Below are positions 12,129 to 24,905 of a DNA stretch of 64,000 nucleotides, in pieces. Position 1 is the first letter of the stretch, and every line of letters starts with the position of its first letter. Source of the stretch: Rhynchobatus australiae (lineage: Eukaryota); the NCBI GenBank assembly GCA_034780895.1, contig JAUZTB010000057.1, positions 5,547,956 to 5,611,955 of the forward strand, written 5' to 3'. The notes under the pieces were generated by a model. It ran no database searches and was not told where the DNA came from. It worked only from the letters and a program-made list of their open reading frames with translations. Both the position numbers and the translations under genes were made by a program.

Positions 12129-13039
12129 TTGACCTGAAAAAGTTGGTTCCTCTACATACTGATCTAGAAATCTACCTTGTACACATTCCAGGAATTCATC
12201 ATTCACACAGTTAATACTAGTGTACTTTACCCATTCTATATGTTGATTGAAGTCCCCCCATGACCTCTAACTTCCTCATTTACACCATCATACATCATTA
12301 TTACTATTCAGAGACCTAAAAAACAACCCCCATTAATGTTTTCTGTTCCCTGCTGCTTCTTGGATCCACTAAAACTGATTCTAATTCTATACTATAAGCT
12401 TCTAAACCAATACACTTTAACTATTGTACTGACATCATCCTTTATTATGAGCAACAGCCCACTTCATTTTCTTTTTTTCCTGGCCTTCCAAAATGTTGAA
12501 TATCTTGAAATATTTTGAGTCAAAGAGCATGGCTAAAGGTGCTTCAGCCTAGCATGTCCATTAAGTATCCATCTATGCTCTTCCCATTTACTAGCACTTG
12601 GTCTATAGCTTGGGCCTTGGTGATTCAAGTGCTCATCTAGGTACCTAATTTTGGTCACCCCACAGCCATGTGCTGATTTTGAAAAAAACATTTTAAGTCC
12701 TAGGGTCAGATCAACCGCTTATGAATGAATTAAGATATCAGTGCCATTTGATTTCAGGTGGCAGTCTGTATACCACATCCAGTGTAAGGGACTCCTTATG
12801 CTGGCCACCCAAGAGAGAATACAAAAGGAACCAAGGCTGGGATTTGATCTTCAGTCAGACTGGCATGTAAGAGGGGTGGGGAGCTCATGGGCAATGCCGG
12901 GAGGAAAGTCCATTGAAATGCTGCCAACCTGGGGAAGCCCCAAGCCAGAACATCAGCCTTCCCTCTATAGACTGATAGCTGACCCAAGCCTGACAAGAAC
13001 TGAACCATGTGTATCAGATTCTGATTGTGCCACACATGA

Positions 13040-13198
13040 TGGGCATTTAAGAGACTCTAAGAGAGACACATGAATGATAGAAAAATGGGGTGCTATGTGG
13101 GAGGGAAGGGTTAGATAGTTCTTAGAGCAGGATAAAATGTTGGTACAACATTGTGGGCCAAAGGGCCTGTACTGTGCTTTAGTTTTCTATGTTCTATG
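13040..13198 (+). mobile_element. CR1-type LINE extreme 3' end
   Basis: CATTTAAGAGACTCT..GGGCCAAAGGGCCTGTACTGTGCT..TTCTATGTTCTATG simple-repeat tail. Confidence 0.7.
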
Positions 13199-15338
13199 AT
13201 AAAAACGGTTCTCAAGCTCGGGTCACATTTTGCTTTGACCATCAGGTCAATTTGATTTGGGCAGCCCCTTGGCTTATAGTGAAAGAGAATAACTAATGTT
13301 TGTGCATTGAAGATATGGAATCAGTGGACCACAACTTACATGTACCAGGCACAATGACCTGCACACCCCATAATTATCTGCCTCCATAAGGTGATTGACC
13401 AATTAAATAAGCATTAAATTATGCTGATTCAGAATAATCTTACAGTTATTTAGCAAAGAAATTGGCCCTTCAGTCCAATGAGTCAACATTTACCAATAGG
13501 CACTGGTTTACACTAATCCCATTTTATTCTCCTCACATTCCCATCAACTCCCCCCAAATTTGATCACTCACCTATGGATTAGGGACAATGTACAGTGGGT
13601 GATTAACCTACCAGCCCAAGGCAGTTCTCATTAAAATAACTTGCATTTGTGTCGTAGGGTAAATTAAATGAGAACATCAGCAATGAGAAACAAGTATCAA
13701 ATTCCAACTACTCAAAATCAAAAAGTTGGTAAGGTTCCATACCAGGAAGAGAGCAATGCAGACTTTACCCCAGTGCATTCTGCAAATCATTCACATGGAC
13801 ACAGAACAGTAAAACAATAGCTGGCAGCAATATACAGAATCATAGTTGATAAGGCTGTGAGGAAAGGAACAGCATGACAGGAGGTTAAGGGAGAGGGTGC
13901 CAAACAGGCTGAAGATCTGGTTGCACACTGGGGATCAGAAAGGAACAAGGAGGAACCAAAATAAGGGGATTGTGAGTGTACACAGAGGAGGGTACAAAGG
14001 TCAAAAATAATGACCAGGTGGATTTTGAATCAAATATGTTGGTGCTAAAAAGCTGGAGGATCTTGAATAAAAGTTTAGCTTTTGCTTTTTTGAAAAATGG
14101 ACTGCAAACAATTTTAAAGCAGAGTCGTGGATAAGGGAGCCTTTGGAATCTGTGATGAGCTACTAACATGTCTACAGCTCTGTGGATGAACCAGGGATGG
14201 AGACTGGGTTCACTTAGACCAATCATTTCCAGAGACATATATACAGCCTGCAGACTTTGGCACAGATAACATTTGTGAATAACAGCAGCTGAATTTCATA
14301 ATTAGGTAGGAGGTTCATGTATTTGCCTTCTTTCTACATGGAGTCTCATTGGACAAATTTGATTCTGGGCTGCCCCCAAAACACTCTGCGCAAAAGATGT
14401 ATTTCACTGTGTGTTTTGATGTACATGTGATTAATGAAGATATCTTATCTTATAAATCTAAAGAATGTGGAAACACTAATTTCCTGCATTGTAAATCAGT
14501 AATTTTCACATTTCTTGGTGTCAGGGGTCCTCCACAAGCACTAACGCACACTTGGAAATCCCTGATCTAATTCAAAGGATCAGCAACCAAAAANNNNNNN
14601 NNNNNNNNNNNNNNNNNNNNNNNNNNNNNNNNNNNNNNNNNNNNNNNNNNNNNNNNNNNNNNNNNNNNNNNNNNNNNNNNNNNNNNNNNNNNNNNNNNNN
14701 NNNGAGGGTCCGGGTCCCCAGTTTGAAACCCATGTGGTTTCGCAACTCCCTGCACTTGCTACAACATGTTAATGGAAGAAGAATGACATTTTATTTACCT
14801 CCAACCCAAACACATCTATTTCACAGCACTAAACAATTTTTATCCAGTCCAACAGAGAAGTTAAGACCAAATTTCCTGTTTCATAGCCATTGTGGCTTCA
14901 AAATTTCTGAGAGACACTTGATTGCTGGTTAAGGAATAACATTAAACAATAAATAAATTAATCCCTGAATACAAATGAAGGGAGAGTATCTTGTGTGAGC
15001 TAAGAAGAGCATTGATTCATTTTCTCTCTCTCCCTTGGTCCCCTAATTCAAGCTGAACATTAAAATAAAAATTAGATTAAAGGGACAGAGAAAACAGAAC
15101 AGGCATTGTTGCATCACTAGGAGTATCACTGAGGCACTCCTTGTACTCAAACAGAAAGCTAAGAATATTTTGATTTGTAAAGAGCCACATTGAGGAAGAA
15201 ACATTTCACATACAAAGTTTATCCTTACCCCTTACTGATTCTGACCAATCTATACTGAATTCCCAACATTGGCAGTTTTTTTTTTAAAACCTTTCACATA
15301 TCCTTTGCCATATGCTGATAATATCCAGCATCACTTAC

Positions 15339-15395
15339 CTTCCAAAGACTGTGTGCTTCTTGTCCAGGTAGACACATGAGTGGAATGTAATGAAG
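15339..15395 (-). CDS. PPIL2: PPIL2 coding exon (57 bp): (F)FITFHSCVYLDKKHTVFG(R)
   Basis: Cyclophilin FFIT....YLD.KHTVFGR motif. Acceptor ttttctcAG, donor GTAAGT. Phase 2/2, compatible with the upstream exon. Confidence 0.97.
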
Positions 15396-16615
15396 CTGAG
15401 AAAATAGAAGAGACAATTGTNNNNNNNNNNGCTACTGAGAGAAGTTATTCAGTTATTAAGTTGCAGAGCTACTTTAGTTAAATAGTGAACAGTTCCTATA
15501 TATGAGAGCCAGGAAGCTATAATTAAGGCAAAAGGACAACTGAACATGAATAGTAAATTTTATTATCAAGTTTAAAGTTCTGTAAAAAGAGTGCAAACCA
15601 TGCGTAGGAAGAAGAACATTTATTTTAACAGGCAGTAAATGGACATTTCATTAAGGCCAGTATTGGTGGTTATTTAATAAGACTTCCACTTATTTTATCG
15701 TGAAGAAATGCATTAAAAAGCATAAACATAGTATATGGATTTTTAACATAACCATTTTGTTCTTTGAAATTTAATAGCATGACAATGACTTCCAATTATC
15801 TGCTTTAACAAAAAAGTGGAGCCCCAGTAATGAAGTCACTTCTAAATGGATTGAGTAATGGAATATGCAGTTAAAAAAAAAAATACATTTCTTGGCACTT
15901 ACAGAATTCTGTGGTTATTTGTTGTTACAATTTTAAAAAATTATTATGAGCAATGCATGTAACCACATGGAAAACGTAATTCAGATTCCTACATCATAGT
16001 CTCATAATTACCCCAGTAATCATAAAAGGTAGAAGGAAGTTCGACATAAACATCACAAAAGCATTCTGGTCAGGCACCATGCAAATATCATCCATCAAGA
16101 TATAATTACTTGTCTGTTACTTCTTTCTGTCCCCACTCCCTCTCCCCCTGCATCACCACTTCTTTGCTCAGTACCAATCTACTCCATTCTTTTCCCCCAA
16201 GATGTCCGAAACTGCACTTGGTCAACAATGCTTTAGATACCTTTGCTCTTTATCTTACTGCAGGTGGCCGAATTGAAAGCCATACCACATTGAGAAATCC
16301 TAATGAACAATATTCAATGCATCGGTCAAGAGAAATCGAGTTATGGGAGCATTATGGGATCCAGGACTCACAGCAGTGAATTGAAATTCTACATAATGCA
16401 AGTGAAATGGGAGTGATTTCTTCCACAAACACTATAAAGCTTTAGTTTCAACAAAAGGCCAGAAATAATTAAGCACACTTTCCCTTCATTGTGAAAATTC
16501 TAAATCCTTTAAATAAAAGTTAAGGAAGAGAATTTTACAAATGTGTTCTCTCAGTAAACGCAATAAAGAATATTTGTAAATATCTTATACGTTTGGAGGG
16601 AAGAACGTCACTTAC

Positions 16616-16733
16616 AATTGTGACTTGTTGGTGTTGGGTCCTGAGTTGGCCATACTGAGGATGCCACGACCTGCATGAGAGAGATTGGGCTTGAACTCAT
16701 CCTTGAAAGGTTTTCCCCAGTACGACTCTCCAC
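16616..16733 (-). CDS. PPIL2: PPIL2 coding exon (118 bp): (G)[38 protein letters not shown](F)
   Basis: Cyclophilin GES.WG..F.DE and [14 protein letters not shown] motifs. Acceptor cttccAG, donor GTAAGT. Phase 1/2. Confidence 0.97.
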
Positions 16734-19700
16734 CTGGAAGCATACGAGTTAGAACCATTAATGTGAAGTACATCTCCGTAATCTCCATATCTGATATCTA
16801 TAGAGGGGCACTGGTGGATATCACTATAGAGTTGGAAATGACTGGAAGGGAAACTGAAGTATTTTCATAATTTTGCATGACTGCTCCAAAACCATGTGAC
16901 TGCTAGCAAGTGGACATGAAATATCTTCACTTTCTAAACACAGAAAATGCCTGAAGCAACATACATTCTTACTTCTGCTGACCAATGATTTTAATGGATA
17001 TGGCATCTGAGAACAAAAAAAGTTAATGAGCTTTTGAACTTTTAAATTTGTTTTGTTTCTGAATGTATAATTGAAAAATATTCCAATTTTGTGCTTGATT
17101 GAAGGCATCTCATCAAGTTTGCACAAACCATTGTGATCCAACAATAACAATCACAAGCAGAATCTTGCAAAATACTTTTCCTTCAGTGTTAGCGTGACTG
17201 CTGCAATGCTCAAATGCACTGGTTGAATACTGCATTCTCTGTGCTATTGTAGTCACAAGAATGACTCTGATCATACATTTGCTCCTCTTAAATTATGGGA
17301 TCAGTCCACCAAAATAAAACAATGACAATTGGGAATCAGGATGCAGAATTCTTGGGCAAAATTTCACTGGCTGCTGCAAGGGATTCCGAACGGTTTGCTG
17401 CCATTTAGTTGTTTCAACAGCTGTAACTTTGGTAGCTGTCTGCAAAATGCCCGACTTGGAGAGATTTTTATAGAATTTTTGAAACTTACTCACTTTAGTT
17501 TTAGTAACTCTTATATACCTCTCAATGTCAGAGTGATTTACAAACTATGAAATGTATCATGCATCTTTGACAGCTGGCTACTTCGAGGGGTGGAGCCTTA
17601 CCAGATGTCAAAGCTTTCAGAGGCGCTTCAGAGATGGATATTCTGTTCCATCCCTGGAAGCCCCGGCACATCAGGCCACACTGCTGCAGACCGGGTTGCT
17701 TCAGGCAACAAAGATGGGACCTCTGCTTCAAGACCAGGCAGTTATGGGTCTGGTAAGACTTCAGGCTTACCTCCTATAATTTGCCTGTTATACTTCATTG
17801 GTAGCTGAATAGGCCACAAATTATTGCAATAGCAAATGATGTCAGCATATGATATTAATTAGACTTTCGTGCACACCATCAGCATCACACAATATTTGCA
17901 TTCTAAACTGCTAGAATTTTGACCTTTCAACGGATGGCATCTGTGCTGTATCAGGATTATGACTGTACAATGTTAGTACTGGTACCTTGTGGATGTCACA
18001 CACAGGATGTTCTCTCCTTAAACAATTAAAATAGAGAACAGAGAGAAACAGAAAAATAGAAGGAAATAGGGTGAATTAGAGTCAAACATAATAACATAGA
18101 AAGAGGAACAAAGAGAGGGGCTACAGAGGGTTACATTTTGAAAGAGATATGAAAAAATGGAAAAAAAGGTAAAGTGAATATTGCAACTGGATTAGGAATT
18201 GTTGTGCTGAGAGCATAACTGGATGGATATCCGAATTCTATAAGATTAGTGAAACGATGAAATACAGAAGTGATATTCCCACCCATCAAGATGGAAACTT
18301 TGGAACCACATTTGGCATTGATTGAATGGAAACATGGGAAATGCAAAACAAAATAAGAACAAGGCCCATTTATCACGCTCATTGTCACTTGGCACAATGA
18401 TAGAGTTGACTAATCATAGCAATCAACTTCTATTAATTTGTCTTGAACAAATCTGGAGTAAGAATAATTCCATTGGTGGAAAGTCATGAGAGCAATAGGT
18501 CCAAAAGGAACTTTTTTCTCTTTAGTCTGGTACAGTTATCTTATGAATAAATACTCACATGCTATGTCTCTAAATGTTGACCCTTATGTTGTAGGCAACA
18601 GTGAAATAACAGTGTGTGGCATTGACCTAAATAAAACAAAAGCGGCCCACAAAGATCTTGTGATTTTGACTACATGGATTTCTCCTTCCCTCAATGTTAA
18701 TTTCATTTTAGCCACCAAGAATTCCAGCATTCAGCAACAGTGATGTCACAAAGTCAGCTGAGCAGCCAGTTACATTGAATAGTTCTCACAGATGATGCAC
18801 AAGAAAATTAAGTTCCAATTTTTAATTAAATTTTTAAACTTTTCACAGAAAATAAACAAAAATTTGGGATATATACAAGATTATGGTAGNNNNNNNNNNN
18901 NNNNNNNNNNNNNNNNNNNNNNNNNNNNNNNNNNNNNNNNNNNNNNNNACAAGGAATTTTGAAATAATTATTCAAAAACCATAAGAGTCCATGTCTAAAA
19001 TTATTTTAGAGCAAACAATGCGTTCTTTGATAGTTATGGCTTTGTGTGCTGTTAAAATGTCAGATGAACCCTGTAAATTAGAGATCATTTTTTTCCATGG
19101 GATTTTATGGTATGTTTATGTAAAATGTTGAAATTCTCAATTCCCAGAAGATGCTTATCTGTGAGGATCTCCCACAGTGAACCATGCAGAGGAGTAGAAT
19201 ATTACTGACAATGATATTTAGTTTTCTGCATTTTACTCAGTACATGAAGACTTCAGAGGTAGCTGTCAGTTTCACGATTACAGTAGCAGAATCTATGAAC
19301 AATGTTTGATTCATTATCCTCAGTCTGAATACTTTTTATTACCTGAAAACTGAACAATAATGGAAGCATGGGATGCAACAATGGTTCAATAATATTAATA
19401 CCATTTTATAAAGATGATTAATACAAACCCCAGAACAATTCTAGGGTTCTGAATCTTTTGTAACTACTTAGCATTACTTTTCAAGATATGTCTGATATTT
19501 ACTGGTGTGGCTTTAGAGAATATTTTTTCCACTATCACTGAAGTTATGAGAATGTCTGTTAGAGGGAAAAGTTTGCATGCGTACATCTATACCTGCCTTT
19601 TTATAATTACTTTGTTTTACTGATATAAATATGAGTGTGCTTGTTTTATAACAACAGGAGTGATACCCCATGTTATAATATTGCCTTCTTATATAACACT

Positions 19701-21409
19701 CGTGAATTTTCCAAAAGGCAAGGCAAAGGATGTAACCACCTTTCTTGATGAAGGACTTGTACATGATCATTTCCAGGGATGAAGCAGGAACAATTGTTGG
19801 GGTTTGAAATTGGGTAATTTAAGCCCATAGGAAAAACATGTCTTTGAGTTTATGATGTTTCAGTGTTTTTAAGCATTCTTGTATGGTATAGATGAACACA
19901 TACTTTTAGTGCTGTGCTTATAAATATAATGAACATTCTTATCAGTTTTTCTTAAAAACAGCACTTTGAATAAGGGGTTAATCTTCTAAATACAAGTTGA
20001 TTTTCCTAGAAACTAAACAATGAATTATATGTTATTTTGACTGGATAACTGGAACAACATCCCATTCATGTGATGGTCTGAAACCAGTCTTCCATGAAAC
20101 TTAGGTTGAGAAAAGTACCATCGCTATATCTTGGGAAATGGGCAGTGGACAATCAGCACACAAAGTCCAGGAGGCTACAATGGAAGGAAACTAAGGCTTG
20201 GAATACTTTGACAGAATGCTGAAATTTTATTTGTTTAAGTCGGCCAGTCTGGGGAGCATATATTATCTATTTTCTCAAAATCATGGGTGATAACTTATGT
20301 AGGTTAAACTAAGCAAATCTAATCAAAACCAGTCTCTTTGTATATCTGTTTTACTGTGGAAGTAAACAGTTTAATGATTCAAATTAGGCCAAGACACATC
20401 TGATATTGAATTAGTCTGTGTTTCGACAAAATGAAGACAGACACAAATAACTGGTTAGTAGTTGTCTTATTATATTGGTTCCATCTATCTTCTAAGTAGT
20501 AATAAAGCAGTGAGACATTTTCCATAGAAGATGCATGGAGTATTCATCTTACCTACCCTGAGAAAGCCTCTGCAGAGGTCACCTTTACACAGAATTCTTG
20601 TGCAGGTGATTTGGATGAATCACTAAAAACCTCTCGTACTTTTGTAAAATGCAGGTCACCAGGAGCAGTGAGACGGGGATCCTGTAAGTTCTGGAGTAGG
20701 ATTCCAGAAGTGATAGCAGAGAGGGACTGCAGAAGCTTTGCCAGGAGAGATGGGGTACCAGTAGAGGAGCCAAACTGGATCCCAGAAGCAACAGTAGTAG
20801 TGGGTTCCCAGATGCAGCAGGGAGCTCACGTTAACTGAGGAGTGAGGTTAATTTTAAGAATTACACATAACATTTAAAATGTTTGGATATAACGACTTCA
20901 TGAAAATATATTGTTGCTTCCTTCCTGTCCAGCTTGGGAAATGAGCAAAAGTGACTATTCTGAAATTAAAGCAGGAAATAAACATCCAGATTCATTACAA
21001 TGATATCATTGGTCCTTAAGAATACAGAAGTTAATATAGCAGGGAGCACATTTCAGATATGATTTTTCAACCATTCATTTTAACTGCAAGAAAACTGTTT
21101 ACAGTGTTGCTAATGCGTGTTGACTTTGTTGATCTAAGATAAATAGGTAGAATGGACACTAGGTAAAATGGAATGAACCTGAAAATAGGTAGAAATAAAC
21201 TTTCAAATCGAGGGCAGGTTAATATAACTCCAGAATGGTGCTCCTTGTTCAAACTTCACATCTAATTGTAGGTGTCAAAGATATGGCTAAGTGGCAGTCA
21301 TCTTCCTAACAGAAAGGCTAGAGATCAATTTGTTAGTAACATGGTATGCTATTTTGAAACATCCCAGATTTTCTTTAAGAGCCCAAGCTTGCTGAAACAT
21401 TCCCAATTC

Positions 21410-21580
21410 AGAATCTGAATCAGGTTTATTATCACTAACTTATGTTGTGAAATTTCTTGTTTTGCAGCAGCAATACAGTACAAAGTCATAAAATTACTGT
21501 AAATTACAAATAAATAAATAGTGCAAAGAAAAAGGAATAATGAAGTAGTGTTCATGGGCCATTTCAGATGCTAAGGAAAG
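21410..21580 (-). mobile_element. Rex1/Babar-type LINE 3' tail
   Basis: Plus TCAGAATCTGAATCAGGTTTATTATCACT..., the reverse of a tail ending AATAAACCTGATTCAGATTCTGA. Confidence 0.6.
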
Positions 21581-21764
21581 AAATGTGGCTGTGCAAGTGG
21601 GTTTTGGTCAACACTGTATCAGAGGCAAGAAGGGAAAGAGACACCACAGAAGGTGAACAAGGCAAGAGAGACAGACAGAAATTCCATGGGAGAGCAGAGT
21701 AGATCTTCTGCAGGAAAGGCATTCCTGGAAGAGAAGTGACAGTGAGTTCAACAAGCAAGTGAAA

Positions 21765-21885
21765 GTCAAAAAATTGCAAATGCTGGAAATCTTAGAAAAA
21801 AATGCTGGAAACACTCAGCAGGTAAGGCTGCGATGGTGGGGGAAAAAGAAACAGAATCAATGTTTCAGGTCAGATTTTCATCACT
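21765..21885 (-). mobile_element. Degenerate Penelope-type pLTR tail
   Basis: ATGCTGGAAA..ACTCAGCAGGT..ATGTTTCAGGTCA..TCATCA is the reverse complement of the hammerhead-plus-tail unit. Confidence 0.6.
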
Positions 21886-23112
21886 TTCTGTTTTTGTACT
21901 AAATTCACAATTTTACATTTAGTGTTTTGGGTTAAAAACCCATAAATTGGACTGATAACAGTTATGAGTGCAACAGAATACCATCTATAATCTCAAATTA
22001 TATTTTTTCTTTCCATGATCAAGGCTGGTACTGCANNNNNNNNNNNNNNNNNNNNNNNNNNNNNNNNNNNNNNNNNNNNNNNNNNNNNNNNNNNNNNNNN
22101 NNNNNNNNNNNNNNNNNNNNNNNNNNNNNNNNNNNNNNNNNNNNNNNNNNNNNNNNNNNNNNNNNNNNNNNNNNNNNNNNNNNNNNNNNNNNNNNNNNNN
22201 NNNNNNNNNNNNNNNNNNNNNNNNNNNCACCTGCTAGAACTAGGTCCAAAGCCCTGGTACTCATTCAATTACTTTTGAAATGTGCTCAGTGCTTCTGTAT
22301 CTTTCACCATTTCTGGCGGTGAGTAGCTAAGCCTGTTGAAAAGGTGCAACATGGCATTATACAATAAGCTGGTACCTGTCACTATAACTCTTATAAAATC
22401 TCAAATCCCACCAACATTTATTCCTGCTAGGATTTTTCTCTCACTGAAGGGATTTGAGAATAACTCAAGCTGTGTTTTGAAAAGAGAAATTTTTAAAAAT
22501 TCCAAACATTTACAACATGCATTAATGCTAGATGGCTCAGTCTGCAGAATGTGATGCGTACTATCTCCTGGATACACCATGAAACAACCAAGATAACAAT
22601 GAGAGGAAGATCCCTATTCATTGAGAGCAGCTGATCATATCTTCCTTAAAACCACAATGTACAGGGGAAAGAGAGAAAAATTTTGAATGGGGACTGTCAG
22701 AGGAGCAGCTGTTCCACAGATTGGGAATAGAAAAGGGGAAATGAAAAGGCAGGCAAATAACTAGCTGGTATGGGGGAGAAATGTTACTGAGGGAAAATTC
22801 ACTTTTCTCAAGTCTAAGCTACTTGGACTGAGCAGGAAAAGTTGGACATAAAGGGAAAGTATTGTGCATTATTATTATTATTTTACATGTTCACAAGGAG
22901 AGCATTAGCTCAATTAAGGTAAAATCTGGTGGCAGTCATTGCTCTGTACATTAGAAAACGGCAAGTGAGGGGATGTATTAAAAAAAGATATTGTTATGTC
23001 TCGGATTACATGTGCAATTAGATATTGAGCACCACAGGTACACTCTTGAATGCAACAACTGCAGAACCAGAGAGATGAAAAACTGCCGTGGCTGTCTGGA
23101 CACCTTCCACCA

Positions 23113-23201
23113 CCCGCTGTGGCCGTCTGGATCCGCCGTTGCCAGGCATTGTAATTCTCCTCCGCATTCCCACACTGACATGTTTGTACTCAGCCTCCTC
23201 T
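23113..23201 (+). mobile_element. Penelope GIY-YIG-region fragment
   Basis: VARHCNSPPHSHTDMFVLSLL resembles the PLE endonuclease segment PVA.HFNS..HSH.DM.VLGL. Confidence 0.65.
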
Positions 23202-23345
23202 AAAATGGCTGGCAACCAGAACTGCACACACCACTCCAGGTGTGGCCTAACCAAAGTTTTGTAGAGCTGCAGCATGACATCCCAGCTCTTTATATTCTGT
23301 GCCTCCGCTGATGAAGGCAATCATCCCATACATCATCTTCACCTG
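23202..23345 (-). mobile_element. CR1-type LINE fragment
   Basis: KSWDVMLQLYKTLVRPHLEWCVQFWLP (ORF 23018-23320). Confidence 0.85.
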
Positions 23346-24259
23346 TGCAATGAATCAATCTGATGGCTTTGGTGGACACAATCAACCCAAGCTGAGTCCC
23401 CTTCTGAGGCATTCTCCCTTTGCATACCCTTGATACTGCCCTGAACAAGTAACTGATACTGCATTGTTCAGATCTCTACTGCACAGCAATTGTGCACTCT
23501 TCAGAGCTTGCTAGCACCCATTGAACTGGGAATGCCTCAGATTACTTTGACACAGACTAGAAAAAGAAGAACTTGCATTTATATGGTGTCTGTCATGAAT
23601 TGCATCACGATTGTAACAAGGGAAAAGTAGTGCAGTGTAGATTAGCCATGAGAGACAGAGAAGTGATAGCATGGTACTTTCATCAAGAAATTGTATAATA
23701 GTGTAATAGGGCTGCAAATCATTTAAATGCTGATTCCTTTTCCAAAAAAAAAAGTAACAGAAATGCTGAGAACTCTATTAAACCATATGCTCTCATATAC
23801 CCTCAGGTATGATTCAACCTGTAGTTGAAGCAAGCAGCAAGACGCCTTTAACAGGAAGATAAACAATTACATGAGGGAGAAAGGAACAGAAGGATATCCA
23901 GATTGGGTTCAGTTAAGAGAAATGGGAGGGGGTTCTTATGGAATACAAACACCAGCTTGTATCTGTGTTTAAAACTTTTGATTATACTTTGTCCACTACA
24001 GACAGATGAAAAATTGAATTATAGGGAATCCAAATAGAGATTTAATGCTCAAATAACTGAACCACCCTTTCATTTACAAAGGAGGATGTATATGTGTGTG
24101 ATAAGTGACTAAAGAGGCAAACTATCCAGCAATTATGCACTAATTGATTCATATCCAAATGACCCTACATAATACTGAAATAGGTAACAGGATTGCAGTC
24201 TACTGCAATTAATAAGAATATATCATAACAGTAATGATTCATGAACAAGAGGAGCTCAC

Positions 24260-24905
24260 CTACAATTTGTCCTGGCCTAACCACATGGACACCAACACCT
24301 CTACTTTTACAAAAGGCTAAGGAAATTCGGCATGTTCTTGATGACTCTCACTAATTTTTATCAATGCACCACAAAAAGCATCCCCATCTGGATGCATCAC
24401 AGCTTGGTATGGCAACTGCTCTGCCCAAGACTGCAAGAAATTGCAGAGTTATGAACACAGCCCAGTCCATCAGGCAAACCAGCCTCCCCTCCATGCACTC
24501 TGTCTACACTTCCACTGCTTTAGGAAAGCAGCCAACATAATCAAGGACCCCTCCCACCCCGGTCCTTCTCTCTTCTTCCCCCCTCCCATCAGGCTGAAGA
24601 TACAAAAGCTTGAGGACAGCTACCACCAGGCTCAAAGACAGCTTCTATCCCACTGTTGTAAGACCCTTGAATAGACCTCTTATACGCTAAAGATGAACTC
24701 TTGATCTCTCAATCTACCTTATCATGGCCCTTACACTTTAGTTGCTATCTGCACTGTACTTCCTCTGTAACACTATATTCTGCATTCTATACTTTTTTTT
24801 ACCTTTTGTACTACCCTGTTATGCATGGAATGATCTGCCTGGATGGCATGAAAACAAAAGCCTTTCATTGCAAATCTGTACATGTGCCAATAATAAACCA
24901 ATTAC
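24260..24905 (+). mobile_element. Rex1/Babar-type LINE, 5'-truncated
   Basis: Homologous to 10605-11290; FRKAANIIKDPSHPG motif and the same 3' UTR. Confidence 0.85.

Noticed and set aside
20588-20632. Recombination-signal-like CACAGAA...CTAAAAACC
   Set aside because: The heptamer is imperfect, the spacer fits neither 12 nor 23 bp, and no V, D or J coding segment is adjacent.
23020-23112. CxxC...CxxC peptide (CNNCRTREMKNCRGC) suggesting a zinc-finger exon
   Set aside because: It is short, has no convincing donor site, and runs directly into Penelope and CR1 fragments.
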